Program-made: the position numbers and the translations under genes
NCBI GenBank assembly: GCA_038125995.1
Contig: JAYPEX010000009.1
Location: forward strand, 21,178-85,177
DNA from: Flavobacteriaceae bacterium
Lineage (GTDB): Bacteria; Bacteroidota; Bacteroidia; Flavobacteriales; Flavobacteriaceae
Reading direction: 5' to 3'
Length of the DNA stretch: 64,000 nt
Part shown: in pieces, positions 8,206 through 17,504 of the stretch
How the letters are laid out: each line of letters opens with the position of its first letter
How positions within the stretch are numbered: position 1 is the stretch's first letter
Notes under the pieces: generated by a model
What the model was told of the DNA's origin: nothing
The model's database searches: none
Seen by the model: only the letters and a program-made list of their open reading frames with translations

Positions 8206-9885
8206 ATGAGTTCCACAAAGCGATCGCTTAATTTTATAGAGCATATCATAGAAGAAGATTTATCTAAAGACTACTCTAAGAGCAGTTTGCGTTTTCGTTT
8301 TCCACCTGAACCAAATGGTTATTTACACATAGGTCATGCGAGTTCTATATGTTTAAATTTTGGTCTTGGATTGCGTTATTCAGCTCCAGTTAATTTAAGA
8401 TTTGACGACACTAACCCCACAAAAGAAGAACAGGAATATGTAGATGCGATTAAAAGAGATGTTAAGTGGTTGGGATTTAAGTGGGATAAGGAGTGTTATG
8501 CTTCTGATTATTTTGGACAACTGTATGATTGGGCTGAGGAACTCATCAAGCAATCGAAAGCTTATGTGGACAGTCAAGATGCCGAAGCTATTGCTCAGCA
8601 AAAGGGAACTCCAATAGAGCCCGGTGCCGCTAGCCCCTTTAGAGATCGAACTGTTGAAGAAAACCTTCGTTTGTTTAGAGAGATGAAAGAAGGAAAACAC
8701 CCAGAAGGAGCTCATGTATTGAGAGCAAAAATAGATATGAGCTCATCAAATATGCTGATGAGAGATCCAATTATGTATCGCATTCTTCACAAAGCACACC
8801 ATAGAACGAAAAACGATTGGTGTATTTATCCAATGTACGATTGGACCCACGGTGAAAGTGATTATATCGAAAGCATTTCACATTCGTTTTGCACCCTTGA
8901 ATTTGCGATGCATCGCGAGTTATATGATTGGTTTTTAGATCAAGTGGTAACTCCAGAAAACTTAAGACCAAAGCAGCGTGAGTTTGCTAGAAGAAACTTT
9001 TCACATACGGTTGTCAGCAAGAGAAGATTGTTGCAATTAGTAGAACAAGGGGTTGTTTCTGGTTGGGACGATCCACGCATGCCAACTATTTCAGGACTTC
9101 GTAGAAGAGGTTATACACCCTTGTCAATTAGAAATTTTGCAGACACCATAGGAATTGCAAAACGCGACAATGTCGTTGATTTATCCCTCTTAGAATTTAC
9201 AGTTCGTGAGGATCTCAATAAGACAGCTGATAGAGTTCACGCTGTTTTAGATCCACTGCTTCTTGAAATTACCAATTACCCTGAAGACCAAGAAGAATGG
9301 ATTGAAGCGGAGAACAATCCAGAAGATGAAAATGCTGGAAGCAGAAAGGTTCCTTTTTCAAAATACCTCTATATCGAAAGAGAAGATTTTAAAGAAGAAG
9401 CCAACCGCAAGTTTTTTAGATTAAAATTAGATTCAGAGGTGCGACTTAAAAACGGATATATCATCAAGGCTGTTTCTTGTGATAAAGACGCCGAAGGAAC
9501 CATCACTAAGGTTTACTGTACTTATGACCCTGATACGCGCTCAGGAAGTGGCAGCGAAGCTTCAAAGCGAAAAGTCAAGGGAACGCTTCACTGGGTGTCC
9601 AAAACACACGCAAAGACCGTTAAAGTTCGTCTGTACGACCGTCTTTTTACAGATGCTACACCAGACGCACACAAAGACAAAGACTTTATGGAATTTGTCA
9701 ACCCCAATTCATTCGAAGAAATCGAGGCTTATGTGGAACCTTCTCTGATGGATGCAAAAGTTGAAGATCGTTTTCAATTTCAACGCATCGGATATTTTGT
9801 TGTAGATAAAGACAGTACAAGCGAACAACTAGTTTTCAATAAAACAGTTGGACTTCGCGATACTTGGGCCAAACTAGATTCTTAG
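8206..9885 (+). CDS. glnS: glutamine--tRNA ligase
   Basis: Class I HIGH region (FPPEPNGYLHIGHA) and a VSKR (KMSKS-like) loop are present. The C-terminal anticodon-binding beta-barrel region ends FQFQRIGYFVVD. The start at 8206 was chosen over 8155. Confidence 0.92.
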   Translation: MSSTKRSLNFIEHIIEEDLSKDYSKSSLRFRFPPEPNGYLHIGHASSICLNFGLGLRYSAPVNLRFDDTNPTKEEQEYVDAIKRDVKWLGFKWDKECYASDYFGQLYDWAEELIKQSKAYVDSQDAEAIAQQKGTPIEPGAASPFRDRTVEENLRLFREMKEGKHPEGAHVLRAKIDMSSSNMLMRDPIMYRILHKAHHRTKNDWCIYPMYDWTHGESDYIESISHSFCTLEFAMHRELYDWFLDQVVTPENLRPKQREFARRNFSHTVVSKRRLLQLVEQGVVSGWDDPRMPTISGLRRRGYTPLSIRNFADTIGIAKRDNVVDLSLLEFTVREDLNKTADRVHAVLDPLLLEITNYPEDQEEWIEAENNPEDENAGSRKVPFSKYLYIEREDFKEEANRKFFRLKLDSEVRLKNGYIIKAVSCDKDAEGTITKVYCTYDPDTRSGSGSEASKRKVKGTLHWVSKTHAKTVKVRLYDRLFTDATPDAHKDKDFMEFVNPNSFEEIEAYVEPSLMDAKVEDRFQFQRIGYFVVDKDSTSEQLVFNKTVGLRDTWAKLDS

Positions 9886-9886
9886 A

Positions 9887-10822
9887 TCACTCTTTGTTTT
9901 CCTTAGACACCTTGTTTTTTTTAGCCCTCATCGCTTCTCCAATTTGGTTACTAGCCGTAAAGGAAGCCACCATATTGTTGAGCATGTCTGAGGCGGCATG
10001 AGGAGAGTTCGGAAGTAAGATCAAATTCGAATCTGTTTCTTCTCCAAGCGATTGTAAGGTATCATAGTGTTGAGTGACTACAATAAGCGCTGAGGCTTCT
10101 TGAGAATTAATACCCACATTGTTGAGTACATCGACAGATTCTTCTAATCCTTTAGCGATTTCTCGACGTTGATCGGCAATACCTCGCCCTTGGAGACGTT
10201 TGCTCTCCGCCTCTGCCTTTGCCTTTTCAACAATTAAAATACGAGCAGCATCTCCTTCAAACTGAGCAGCAATTTTTTCTCTTTCAGAAGCGTTAATGCG
10301 ATTCATGGCCGCCTTCACCTGAGCATCTGGATCGATATCTGTTACAAGGGTTTTAATGATATCGTATCCGTAGTCGAGCATTGCGTCTTGTAATTCGCCT
10401 TTTACTGCGATAGCGATATCGTCTTTCTTAACAAACACATCATCTAATTTCATCTTAGGAACTTCGGCACGAACCACATCAAATACATAAGAAGTAATCT
10501 GATCATGAGGAAATTCTAATTTGTAAAAGGCCTCGTAAACCTTTTCTTTGATCACAACGAATTGAACTGAAACTTTTAGCTTGACAAACACATCGTCTAA
10601 GGTCTTTGTTTCAATAATCACATCGAGCTGTTGAATTTTTAAACTCACGCGACCAGAGATACGATCTACCAATGGAATTTTCATTTGAAGACCGGAATTG
10701 CGAACACTTAAAAAGCGACCAAAACGCTCAATGATTACAGCAGTTTGTTGTTTGACTGTAAAGAATGATGCAAACAGTAAAATTGCCAATACAACATAAA
10801 GGGGGTATAATAGATAGCTCAT
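9887..10822 (-). CDS. SPFH/band 7 domain protein (stomatin-like)
   Basis: 311 aa. An N-terminal TM anchor is followed by an SPFH core (FTVKQQTAVIIERFGRF...) and an Ala/Glu-rich coiled-coil. Confidence 0.85.
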   Translation of the reverse strand: MSYLLYPLYVVLAILLFASFFTVKQQTAVIIERFGRFLSVRNSGLQMKIPLVDRISGRVSLKIQQLDVIIETKTLDDVFVKLKVSVQFVVIKEKVYEAFYKLEFPHDQITSYVFDVVRAEVPKMKLDDVFVKKDDIAIAVKGELQDAMLDYGYDIIKTLVTDIDPDAQVKAAMNRINASEREKIAAQFEGDAARILIVEKAKAEAESKRLQGRGIADQRREIAKGLEESVDVLNNVGINSQEASALIVVTQHYDTLQSLGEETDSNLILLPNSPHAASDMLNNMVASFTASNQIGEAMRAKKNKVSKENKE

Positions 10823-10872
10823 TTTGATAATTTCTCATCAAGTTACGAAAAAACCTATCAAACAGAAAGCGA

Positions 10873-12378
10873 TTAAGACAATCGTTCAACAGCAGATTGA
10901 ATTCTAGAAACAGAAGCATGTTTGCCAATAAGGGCGGCAATATCAAAAAGATGAGGACCTTTGAGAGCACCAACCAACACCAATCGAAGAGGCGGCATGA
11001 CCTGACCAAAAGAATAAGCCTTTGCTTCAATCCATTTTTTAGTTTCTTCTTCTAGAGTAGCAGCATCAAATTTCTCGATAGAATCCCATAGTTCAATAAG
11101 TTCTTTCATGATTTTCGGGCTCTGCTCCTTCCACTGTTTCTTTAGATTTTTTTCATCATAAGATTCGGGAGCTACAAAGAAATAATCGGACAACCCCAAT
11201 AAATCTTTTGCAAAAACCGCACGCTCTTTTACTAGAGAAATAATCCTCACTAATTCTTGATCAGAATAGGAACTCGATAGTTGATGAGCTGCTAAAAGCT
11301 GTTTAAATCCCTCAAGTAGTTCTTCTTCTGATTTGAGTTGCAAATGTTGCTCGTTAAACCATTTATTCTTTTCAGGATCGAAACGAGCACCTGATTTATT
11401 GACTCTTAAAAGATCAAAGAGCTGTATCAATTCATCAAGGCTAAAGACTTCTCTTTCATCACCAGGATTCCAGCCTAAGAGCGCTAAAAAGTTGATGACT
11501 GCTTCAGATTCAAAACCTTCCTCTCTATAACCAATCGAATCATTCCATGCCAAAGGAAATACAGGGAAGCCCATTTTATCTCCATCTCTTTTAGAGAGTT
11601 TTCCTTTTCCAACAGGCTTCATAATCAGCGGTAAGTGAGCAAACTCAGGGATCTCCCAACCAAATGCTTGATAGAGCTGAATGTGTAAAGGAAGTGATGG
11701 CAACCATTCTTCTCCTCTGATGACATGAGAAATATTCATCAAATGATCATCTACAATATTAGCCAAATGATAGGTTGGCATTCCATCAGATTTATAAAGT
11801 ACTTTGTCGTCCAAGGTGTTGGTATTAAAAACCACATGTCCCCGAATCAAATCATTAGCACTTACCTTTGTGTTTGATGGTATCTTAAAACGAATTACAA
11901 AAGGAGTATTTGAACTCAATTTTGCTTCAACTTCTTCTTGCGATAGATTCAAAGAGTTGTTTAAGCCCTCTCTATTAAATGAATTATAGGTAAATGTAGA
12001 TTTGTTTTCCTCTGCTTCTTTTCGAAGTAGGTCTAATTCTTCTGGAGTATCAAATGCGTAATAAGCACTACCATTATCGATCAGTTGCTCTGCGTAATCC
12101 TTGTAAAGTGATTTGCGCTCACTTTGGCGATAGGGACCAAATCCCCCATCTTTTCCTGGCCCCTCATCATAAGGAATTCCACACCAGTTTAAACTTTCTA
12201 CTATATAATCTTCAGCTCCCTCAACAAATCTAGTTTGATCGGTATCTTCAATTCTAAGGATAAATGTACCACCCTTATTCTTTGCAAATAGATAATTGAA
12301 TAATGCCGTTCTAACCCCTCCAATGTGTAAGGGGCCAGTTGGACTTGGTGCAAATCGTACGCGTACTTGATCTTTCAT
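10873..12378 (-). CDS. gltX: glutamate--tRNA ligase
   Basis: 501 aa with a HIGH-type motif (RFAPSPTGPLHIGG) and a KLSKR loop. Confidence 0.93.
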   Translation of the reverse strand: MKDQVRVRFAPSPTGPLHIGGVRTALFNYLFAKNKGGTFILRIEDTDQTRFVEGAEDYIVESLNWCGIPYDEGPGKDGGFGPYRQSERKSLYKDYAEQLIDNGSAYYAFDTPEELDLLRKEAEENKSTFTYNSFNREGLNNSLNLSQEEVEAKLSSNTPFVIRFKIPSNTKVSANDLIRGHVVFNTNTLDDKVLYKSDGMPTYHLANIVDDHLMNISHVIRGEEWLPSLPLHIQLYQAFGWEIPEFAHLPLIMKPVGKGKLSKRDGDKMGFPVFPLAWNDSIGYREEGFESEAVINFLALLGWNPGDEREVFSLDELIQLFDLLRVNKSGARFDPEKNKWFNEQHLQLKSEEELLEGFKQLLAAHQLSSSYSDQELVRIISLVKERAVFAKDLLGLSDYFFVAPESYDEKNLKKQWKEQSPKIMKELIELWDSIEKFDAATLEEETKKWIEAKAYSFGQVMPPLRLVLVGALKGPHLFDIAALIGKHASVSRIQSAVERLS

Positions 12379-12395
12379 TTTTTAGTTTTACTCTG

Positions 12396-12403
12396 CAAAT
12401 ATA
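12396..12403 (-). promoter_or_regulatory. -7 promoter element (TATATTTG) upstream of gltX
   Basis: TAnnTTTG on the minus strand, 17 nt before the gltX ATG. Confidence 0.45.
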
Positions 12404-12467
12404 ATTACTATTGTTTACTAAGCAGCCCTATTGACATTGAAGAAGTGGTTCAGCAACAGTAATTTTG

Positions 12468-12475
12468 TATCTTTG
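12468..12475 (+). promoter_or_regulatory. -7 promoter element (TATCTTTG) upstream of ybeY-mnmG
   Basis: Exact TAnnTTTG 20 nt before the ybeY start. A second match, TAATTTTG, abuts it at 12460-12467. Confidence 0.45.
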
Positions 12476-12495
12476 CAACCATTATATACTTAAAG

Positions 12496-12915
12496 GTGAT
12501 CGAATATTCTTATAATACTGATTTTGATTTAACACAAGCTAATGAAATTAGCTTGTGGTTACAAAATGTAGCTCAATCAGAGAACTTTGAAATTGCTGAT
12601 TTAAATTATGTTTTTGTTTCTGACGATGAACTCTATGAAATGAATGTTAAGTATTTGAATCACAACACATTAACCGACATCATCACCTTTAATTATGTTG
12701 AAAATGAGTTAGTTTCAGGAGACATTTTTATTTCTGTTGATCGCGTTAAGGATAATGCAGTTGATTTCAATGTTTCTTTTGAACATGAATTACTCAGAGT
12801 CATGGTTCATGGCCTACTTCATTTGATGAATTACAACGACAAGACTGATGAAGAACAAGAATTGATGACCCAAAAAGAAGAGGATAAACTAAAAATGTTC
12901 CACGTGGAACACTAA
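12496..12915 (+). CDS. ybeY: rRNA maturation endoribonuclease YbeY
   Basis: 139 aa with the zinc motif HGLLHLMNYNDKT (HxxxHxxxxxH-type). GTG start. The last six codons are encoded by the parS palindrome. Confidence 0.88.
   Translation: MIEYSYNTDFDLTQANEISLWLQNVAQSENFEIADLNYVFVSDDELYEMNVKYLNHNTLTDIITFNYVENELVSGDIFISVDRVKDNAVDFNVSFEHELLRVMVHGLLHLMNYNDKTDEEQELMTQKEEDKLKMFHVEH
12896..12911. other. parS: parS-like centromere site (ParB/Spo0J binding), copy 1
   Basis: Perfect 16-bp palindrome TGTTCCACGTGGAACA, one mismatch from the classical parS TGTTCCACGTGAAACA. It lies inside the 3' end of ybeY and is identical to copy 2. Confidence 0.75.
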
Positions 12916-12918
12916 AAT

Positions 12919-14787
12919 ATGTTCGATAAAAAGTACGATGTTATAGTTGTTGGTGGCGGACATGCCGGCGCAGAAGCTGCAGCTGCAGCTGCTAATATGG
13001 GAGCTTCTACCCTGTTGGTAACTATGCAATTGCAAAATATTGCTCAAATGTCATGTAATCCAGCTATGGGTGGAATTGCTAAGGGACAAATTGTAAGAGA
13101 AATTGATGCTCTCGGAGGTTATAGCGGAATCGTCTCTGATACTTCTGCTATCCAGTTCAAGATGCTTAATAAATCTAAGGGGCCCGCTATGTGGAGCCCA
13201 AGAACTCAAAATGATCGTATGCTCTTTGCAGAACACTGGAGATTGATGTTGGAGCAGACCCCCAATGTCGATTTTTATCAAGACATGGTCAATGAATTAA
13301 TCATCAGAGATTCTAAAGTTTGTGGCGTTAAAACTTCTCTAGGAATTTCCATAGAAGCTGACGCTGTAATTCTTACTAATGGTACATTTTTAAATGGTCT
13401 AATTCACATAGGAGAAAAACAATTCGGAGGAGGTCGCGCTGGAGAAAAAGCAGCCACAGGAATTACTGAACAATTAGTTGATTTAGGCTTTGATTCTGGA
13501 AGAATGAAAACAGGAACTCCGCCTAGAGTAGATGGTAGATCTTTAAACTATGATTTAATGATTCCTCAACCAGGAGATATTAATCCTGCAACGTTTTCAT
13601 ACACCAATACGAAACCATTAAAGCGACAATTGGATTGCTACATGACCCACACCTCTAATGAGGTGCACAACCTTTTAAAAGAAGGTTTTGATCGCTCTCC
13701 TATGTTTAATGGTAGAATCAAATCTTTAGGGCCGCGTTATTGCCCCTCTATCGAAGATAAGATCAATCGTTTTGCTGATAAAGATGCTCATCAAATTTTT
13801 GTAGAACCTGAAGGATGGAACACTGTTGAAGTGTATGTCAACGGATTCTCAACTTCACTTCCTGAAGATGTACAATTTAAAGCCTTGCGTTCTGTAAAAG
13901 GGTTTGAAAAAGTTAAGTTCTTTAGACCTGGTTATGCCATTGAATACGACTACTTCCCTCCTACTCAATTAAAGCATAGTTTGGAAACAAAACTAATTTC
14001 AAATCTATTTTTTGCAGGTCAAATTAACGGTACTACCGGCTATGAGGAAGCAGCTGCACAAGGACTAATGGCAGGTATAAATGCCCATTTAAAAATTAAC
14101 GAAAAGGAGCCCTTTGTCCTTCAAAGAGACGAAGCTTATATTGGAGTTTTGATTGACGATTTAATTACTAAGGGAACAGAAGAGCCTTATCGTATGTTTA
14201 CTTCTAGGGCAGAATATAGAACCTTGCTTCGACAAGACAATGCGGATTTTAGACTCACAGCACGTGCCTTCAACTTAGGTATTGCTAAACAAGATCGAAT
14301 GGATCGAATGGAGCATAAGATGAAAGAATCTCAAGAGTTTGTAGAGTTCTTTAAAGAAACTTCCATTTCACCGAATCAAATAAACCCCATTTTGGAAGAG
14401 GTAGGTTCTGCCTCAGTAAAGCAAGGTGGGAAACTATTCAAAGTTTTTTCTCGTCCAAAAGTAAGCTTGGAACAGCTTAGTAAGTTAGATGTAGTTGCTT
14501 CTTATATTGAAGAAAACAACCTAGATGTAGAGGTTTTAGAACAGGCAGAAATTCAAGTAAAATATGCCGGATATATTGAAAAGGAAAAGAACAATGCTGA
14601 TAAATTACACCGTTTGGAATACGTTAAAATTCCAGAACACTTTGACTATTCAAAATTCAAATCTTTGTCTTTTGAAGCTCGCGAGAAGCTACAGTCAATA
14701 CAACCAGCAAGTATCGCACAAGCTTCTCGAATCAGCGGTGTTTCTCCATCAGACATTAGTGTTTTATTAGTAGCTTTAGGAAGATAA
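12919..14787 (+). CDS. mnmG: tRNA uridine 5-carboxymethylaminomethyl modification enzyme MnmG (GidA)
   Basis: 622 aa. Contains the FAD motif DVIVVGGGHAGAEAA, the NPAMGG and GPRYCPSIEDK blocks, and the C-terminal SGVSPSDISVLL. Confidence 0.96.
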   Translation: MFDKKYDVIVVGGGHAGAEAAAAAANMGASTLLVTMQLQNIAQMSCNPAMGGIAKGQIVREIDALGGYSGIVSDTSAIQFKMLNKSKGPAMWSPRTQNDRMLFAEHWRLMLEQTPNVDFYQDMVNELIIRDSKVCGVKTSLGISIEADAVILTNGTFLNGLIHIGEKQFGGGRAGEKAATGITEQLVDLGFDSGRMKTGTPPRVDGRSLNYDLMIPQPGDINPATFSYTNTKPLKRQLDCYMTHTSNEVHNLLKEGFDRSPMFNGRIKSLGPRYCPSIEDKINRFADKDAHQIFVEPEGWNTVEVYVNGFSTSLPEDVQFKALRSVKGFEKVKFFRPGYAIEYDYFPPTQLKHSLETKLISNLFFAGQINGTTGYEEAAAQGLMAGINAHLKINEKEPFVLQRDEAYIGVLIDDLITKGTEEPYRMFTSRAEYRTLLRQDNADFRLTARAFNLGIAKQDRMDRMEHKMKESQEFVEFFKETSISPNQINPILEEVGSASVKQGGKLFKVFSRPKVSLEQLSKLDVVASYIEENNLDVEVLEQAEIQVKYAGYIEKEKNNADKLHRLEYVKIPEHFDYSKFKSLSFEAREKLQSIQPASIAQASRISGVSPSDISVLLVALGR

Positions 14788-14793
14788 TCAAAT

Positions 14794-14809
14794 TGTTCCA
14801 CGTGGAACA
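14794..14809. other. parS: parS-like centromere site (ParB/Spo0J binding), copy 2
   Basis: Identical 16-bp palindrome TGTTCCACGTGGAACA, starting 7 nt after the mnmG stop codon. Confidence 0.75.
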
Positions 14810-14833
14810 TATTGGTTTTTTTAAATTCAAATT

Positions 14834-15679
14834 ATGAGCAGATCTCCACTTAAAGTAAAAGATTTTAGCTGTAGTTTAGAAGACTTCAGCTTGGAATACG
14901 ACGCTCACTATAAACTACTACGCACAACTCCTGTTCCTTCCGATATTGAAAAGTATTATCCACGGGAGGAATACATCTCCCATCAAAACGAAGCAAAAGG
15001 ATTGGTGAGTATCGTTTATCAAATAGTCAAAAACTATACAAGTTCTCGTAAAATTAAATTGTTTCATAAACTAGTTGATTCTTCTTCCTCCTCTGTTCTA
15101 GATTACGGCGCAGGAAATGGCTTTTTGGTTTCTAAATTAAAAGAACAAAATTGGAATGCTTTTGGAGTTGAACCGAGTTCTTATGCTCGTAAACAGGCGG
15201 AGCATTTTAACATCGAACTCTATTCATCATTAGAAGAGCTGGGTGATCAAAATTTTTCAGCGATTAGTCTCTGGCATGTTTTAGAGCACGTTCCCAATTA
15301 CAAAGAAGCCCTTATTCAATTAACGACTCTTTTAGTAGAGGAGGGCTATTTGATTTTAGCGTTACCTAATTACAATTCTTGGGACGCATCTTATTATAAT
15401 TCTTTTTGGGCCGCTTATGATGTCCCAAGACACGCTTATCATTTTTCAAAAGATTCAATTCATATTATTGCTCAAGAATTTAATTTAAAAGTTCTTAAGA
15501 TCCAACCCATGCTTTTTGATTCTTTTTATGTAAGTTATTTATCAGAAAAAAATAAAGGATCCAAAATCCCATTCCTTAAAGGAGTTTTTATTGGATTTCT
15601 TTCCAACGTTGTAGGATTCTTTAAAAAGGAGTATTCTTCCCATGTTTACATCCTTCAAAAGCCCAAAAAGATCAAATAA
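14834..15679 (+). CDS. class I SAM-dependent methyltransferase
   Basis: 281 aa with SAM motif I (VLDYGAGNGFLV) and the downstream block ISLWHVLEHV. Confidence 0.75.
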   Translation: MSRSPLKVKDFSCSLEDFSLEYDAHYKLLRTTPVPSDIEKYYPREEYISHQNEAKGLVSIVYQIVKNYTSSRKIKLFHKLVDSSSSSVLDYGAGNGFLVSKLKEQNWNAFGVEPSSYARKQAEHFNIELYSSLEELGDQNFSAISLWHVLEHVPNYKEALIQLTTLLVEEGYLILALPNYNSWDASYYNSFWAAYDVPRHAYHFSKDSIHIIAQEFNLKVLKIQPMLFDSFYVSYLSEKNKGSKIPFLKGVFIGFLSNVVGFFKKEYSSHVYILQKPKKIK

Positions 15680-15823
15680 AGCCCGCAGCCTTTTTAATTT
15701 TTTTAATAAAGGGATTTGCTTTACAATTTTGCAAAAGTCGCTTAGAGGTCTTTATATGAAGTCGATTTCGATAAGAAACGATTATTAATCGCGTGTTATG
15801 CTATAAGAAACGTCTATAATTGT

Positions 15824-16219
15824 TTAAAGAGCCATTTCTGACAGATAGAGGCTTGTCATGCAGACTAAAATATAGATCATCAAATTTGCAGAGGATTGAT
15901 AATCTTTTGCGATTCGTTGACCGATGAGTAAGATCAAAAAACAACTAAACGAAGCCAAGCTTCCGAGATAAACAAATTGAAAATTCTCAAAACGAATAAG
16001 TTCATACAGACCATAAAGCAATAACATACTGCTGATCAATTCCAGAGCGATTATTACATAAAAAAGAAGATTGATATAAGGAAGAACCACGGTATCTTTA
16101 AAATGTTCTTTTAGCCAATATTGATAGGATGAAATGTCTACTAATTTTTCACCTATACTAAAGATAAACGTGATGAGTAAACTCATAGACAAGAGCATAA
16201 CTGCCGTGGAACTAATCAT
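15824..16219 (-). CDS. small integral membrane protein (4 TM, DoxX/MauE-like), function unknown
   Basis: 131 aa with four hydrophobic helices. Its start overlaps the holB stop by 4 nt, suggesting operon coupling. Confidence 0.5.
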   Translation of the reverse strand: MISSTAVMLLSMSLLITFIFSIGEKLVDISSYQYWLKEHFKDTVVLPYINLLFYVIIALELISSMLLLYGLYELIRFENFQFVYLGSLASFSCFLILLIGQRIAKDYQSSANLMIYILVCMTSLYLSEMAL

Positions 16220-17367
16220 TTTATACCAGTAGGTTTTTTATGAATATATCTTGTGAGCTCTAGGGCCATATCGGTTAGAATGATTTTGGAATTTCCATTT
16301 CTTTCGATGTGATACATGGCCTTTTCAAGCGCTTCGACGATGAACTCAATATTGTTTTCGTGAACATAAACAGCGAATTTTTCAAAGTCAAAACCGGCGA
16401 CATCTACCTTCATAAAACACAATTTATCGACACCGTAGTTGGCCATAAGAGCTTGACGCATCATTCTTAAAGCGTAATTCAAAAAATTCTTTTGAGTTTC
16501 TCTTCCTGTTTTTGATACTTCTGTAGCCCACATCAACAAATCGTGTACAGCAGCTTTGTTGCCTTTAGCCTTAAATGCTATTCGAACCCAATGTACAAAC
16601 CACCTAGCAAATACCTGGTCTTCTGAAGTGTTGTGAATTAAATCAAAAGCCTTGTTGAGATCTCCATGGGCTCTATGGGCAAGTTCTTTTGCTTTGTCAA
16701 AAGAAACCCCTTTATCAATAAGCGCTACCTCGATTTCAGATTCTGAGATTCGTTTGAAAAAACTGATTTGACAACGCGAACGAATCGTTGGTAATATATT
16801 TTCAACGGAATCAGCAACTAAAATAAAAACGGTGTCTTCTGGGGGTTCTTCCAAGAGCTTCAGCAATTTGTTAGCCGTCTCGGTATTCATGGTATCTGCC
16901 CGCCAAATAATCAACACCTTATAGCCTCCTTCATAGGATTTAAGGGAGGTCTTTTTAACAATTTCAGAAGCTTCGTTGACTCCTATTCTCCCCTGTTTAT
17001 TTTCAACTCCTAAGACCTGATACCAGTCGAAAAGATTCCCGTAGGGTTGATCGATTAAGAAGTTTCTCCACTGTTCTGTAAAGTGATCGCTGACTGGCTT
17101 TTTAAATTCAGTTGTCGGAACCACCGGATATGCGAAGTGGATATCAGGATGATTAAAATGAGAACATTTGATTAGACAGGAATCTCTTAGTTGTGGATCT
17201 AAGTGCTTACTAGACACGAGTTCTGTCGCAAAAGCCAGGGCCATTCCTAGCGTCCCACTGCCCTCTTCTCCAATGAATAAGTGCGCGTGAGCCACTCTTG
17301 ACTTGTCAATCGAAGCTTTAAGTTGCTTTGCTATAAGTGTATTTCCAATAAGCTCGTCAAATTGCAT
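16216..17367 (-). CDS. holB: DNA polymerase III delta' subunit-like AAA+ clamp-loader protein
   Basis: 383 aa. Contains HAHLFIGEEGSGT (degenerate P-loop), KLLKLLEEPP and the sensor SRCQ motif typical of delta'. Confidence 0.8.
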   Translation of the reverse strand: MQFDELIGNTLIAKQLKASIDKSRVAHAHLFIGEEGSGTLGMALAFATELVSSKHLDPQLRDSCLIKCSHFNHPDIHFAYPVVPTTEFKKPVSDHFTEQWRNFLIDQPYGNLFDWYQVLGVENKQGRIGVNEASEIVKKTSLKSYEGGYKVLIIWRADTMNTETANKLLKLLEEPPEDTVFILVADSVENILPTIRSRCQISFFKRISESEIEVALIDKGVSFDKAKELAHRAHGDLNKAFDLIHNTSEDQVFARWFVHWVRIAFKAKGNKAAVHDLLMWATEVSKTGRETQKNFLNYALRMMRQALMANYGVDKLCFMKVDVAGFDFEKFAVYVHENNIEFIVEALEKAMYHIERNGNSKIILTDMALELTRYIHKKPTGIK

Positions 17368-17474
17368 ACGCTAATATAACAAAGACCGTTTAATCAGCTT
17401 CTACAGTTCGTTAAATAATTAAAAGCAGCTTTTTAGAATTAACATTTGAACTGTTAGTTTTAGGCAGAATTAAG

Positions 17475-17482
17475 TACATTTG
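17475..17482 (+). promoter_or_regulatory. -7 promoter element (TACATTTG) upstream of pgk
   Basis: Exact TAnnTTTG 22 nt before the pgk ATG. Confidence 0.45.
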
Positions 17483-17504
17483 TGTTTCAAAAATTATAAC
17501 TATT

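Noticed and set aside
14794-14809. The palindrome after mnmG interpreted as a rho-independent terminator
   Set aside because: The T-run starts 6 nt after the stem rather than abutting it. The identical 16-mer also occurs inside the ybeY coding region, where termination would be counter-productive. The sequence matches the parS consensus almost exactly. A secondary terminator role cannot be excluded.
15680-15823. Short direct repeats (ATAAGAAACG at 15771 and 15803; AAGTCG twice) and a 13-bp near-palindrome (CGATTATTAATCG) in the convergent intergenic gap, considered as an sRNA or regulatory element
   Set aside because: The repeats are only 6-10 bp in AT-rich DNA. There is no convincing promoter-plus-terminator pair and no stable GC-containing structure. 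Evidence is insufficient.
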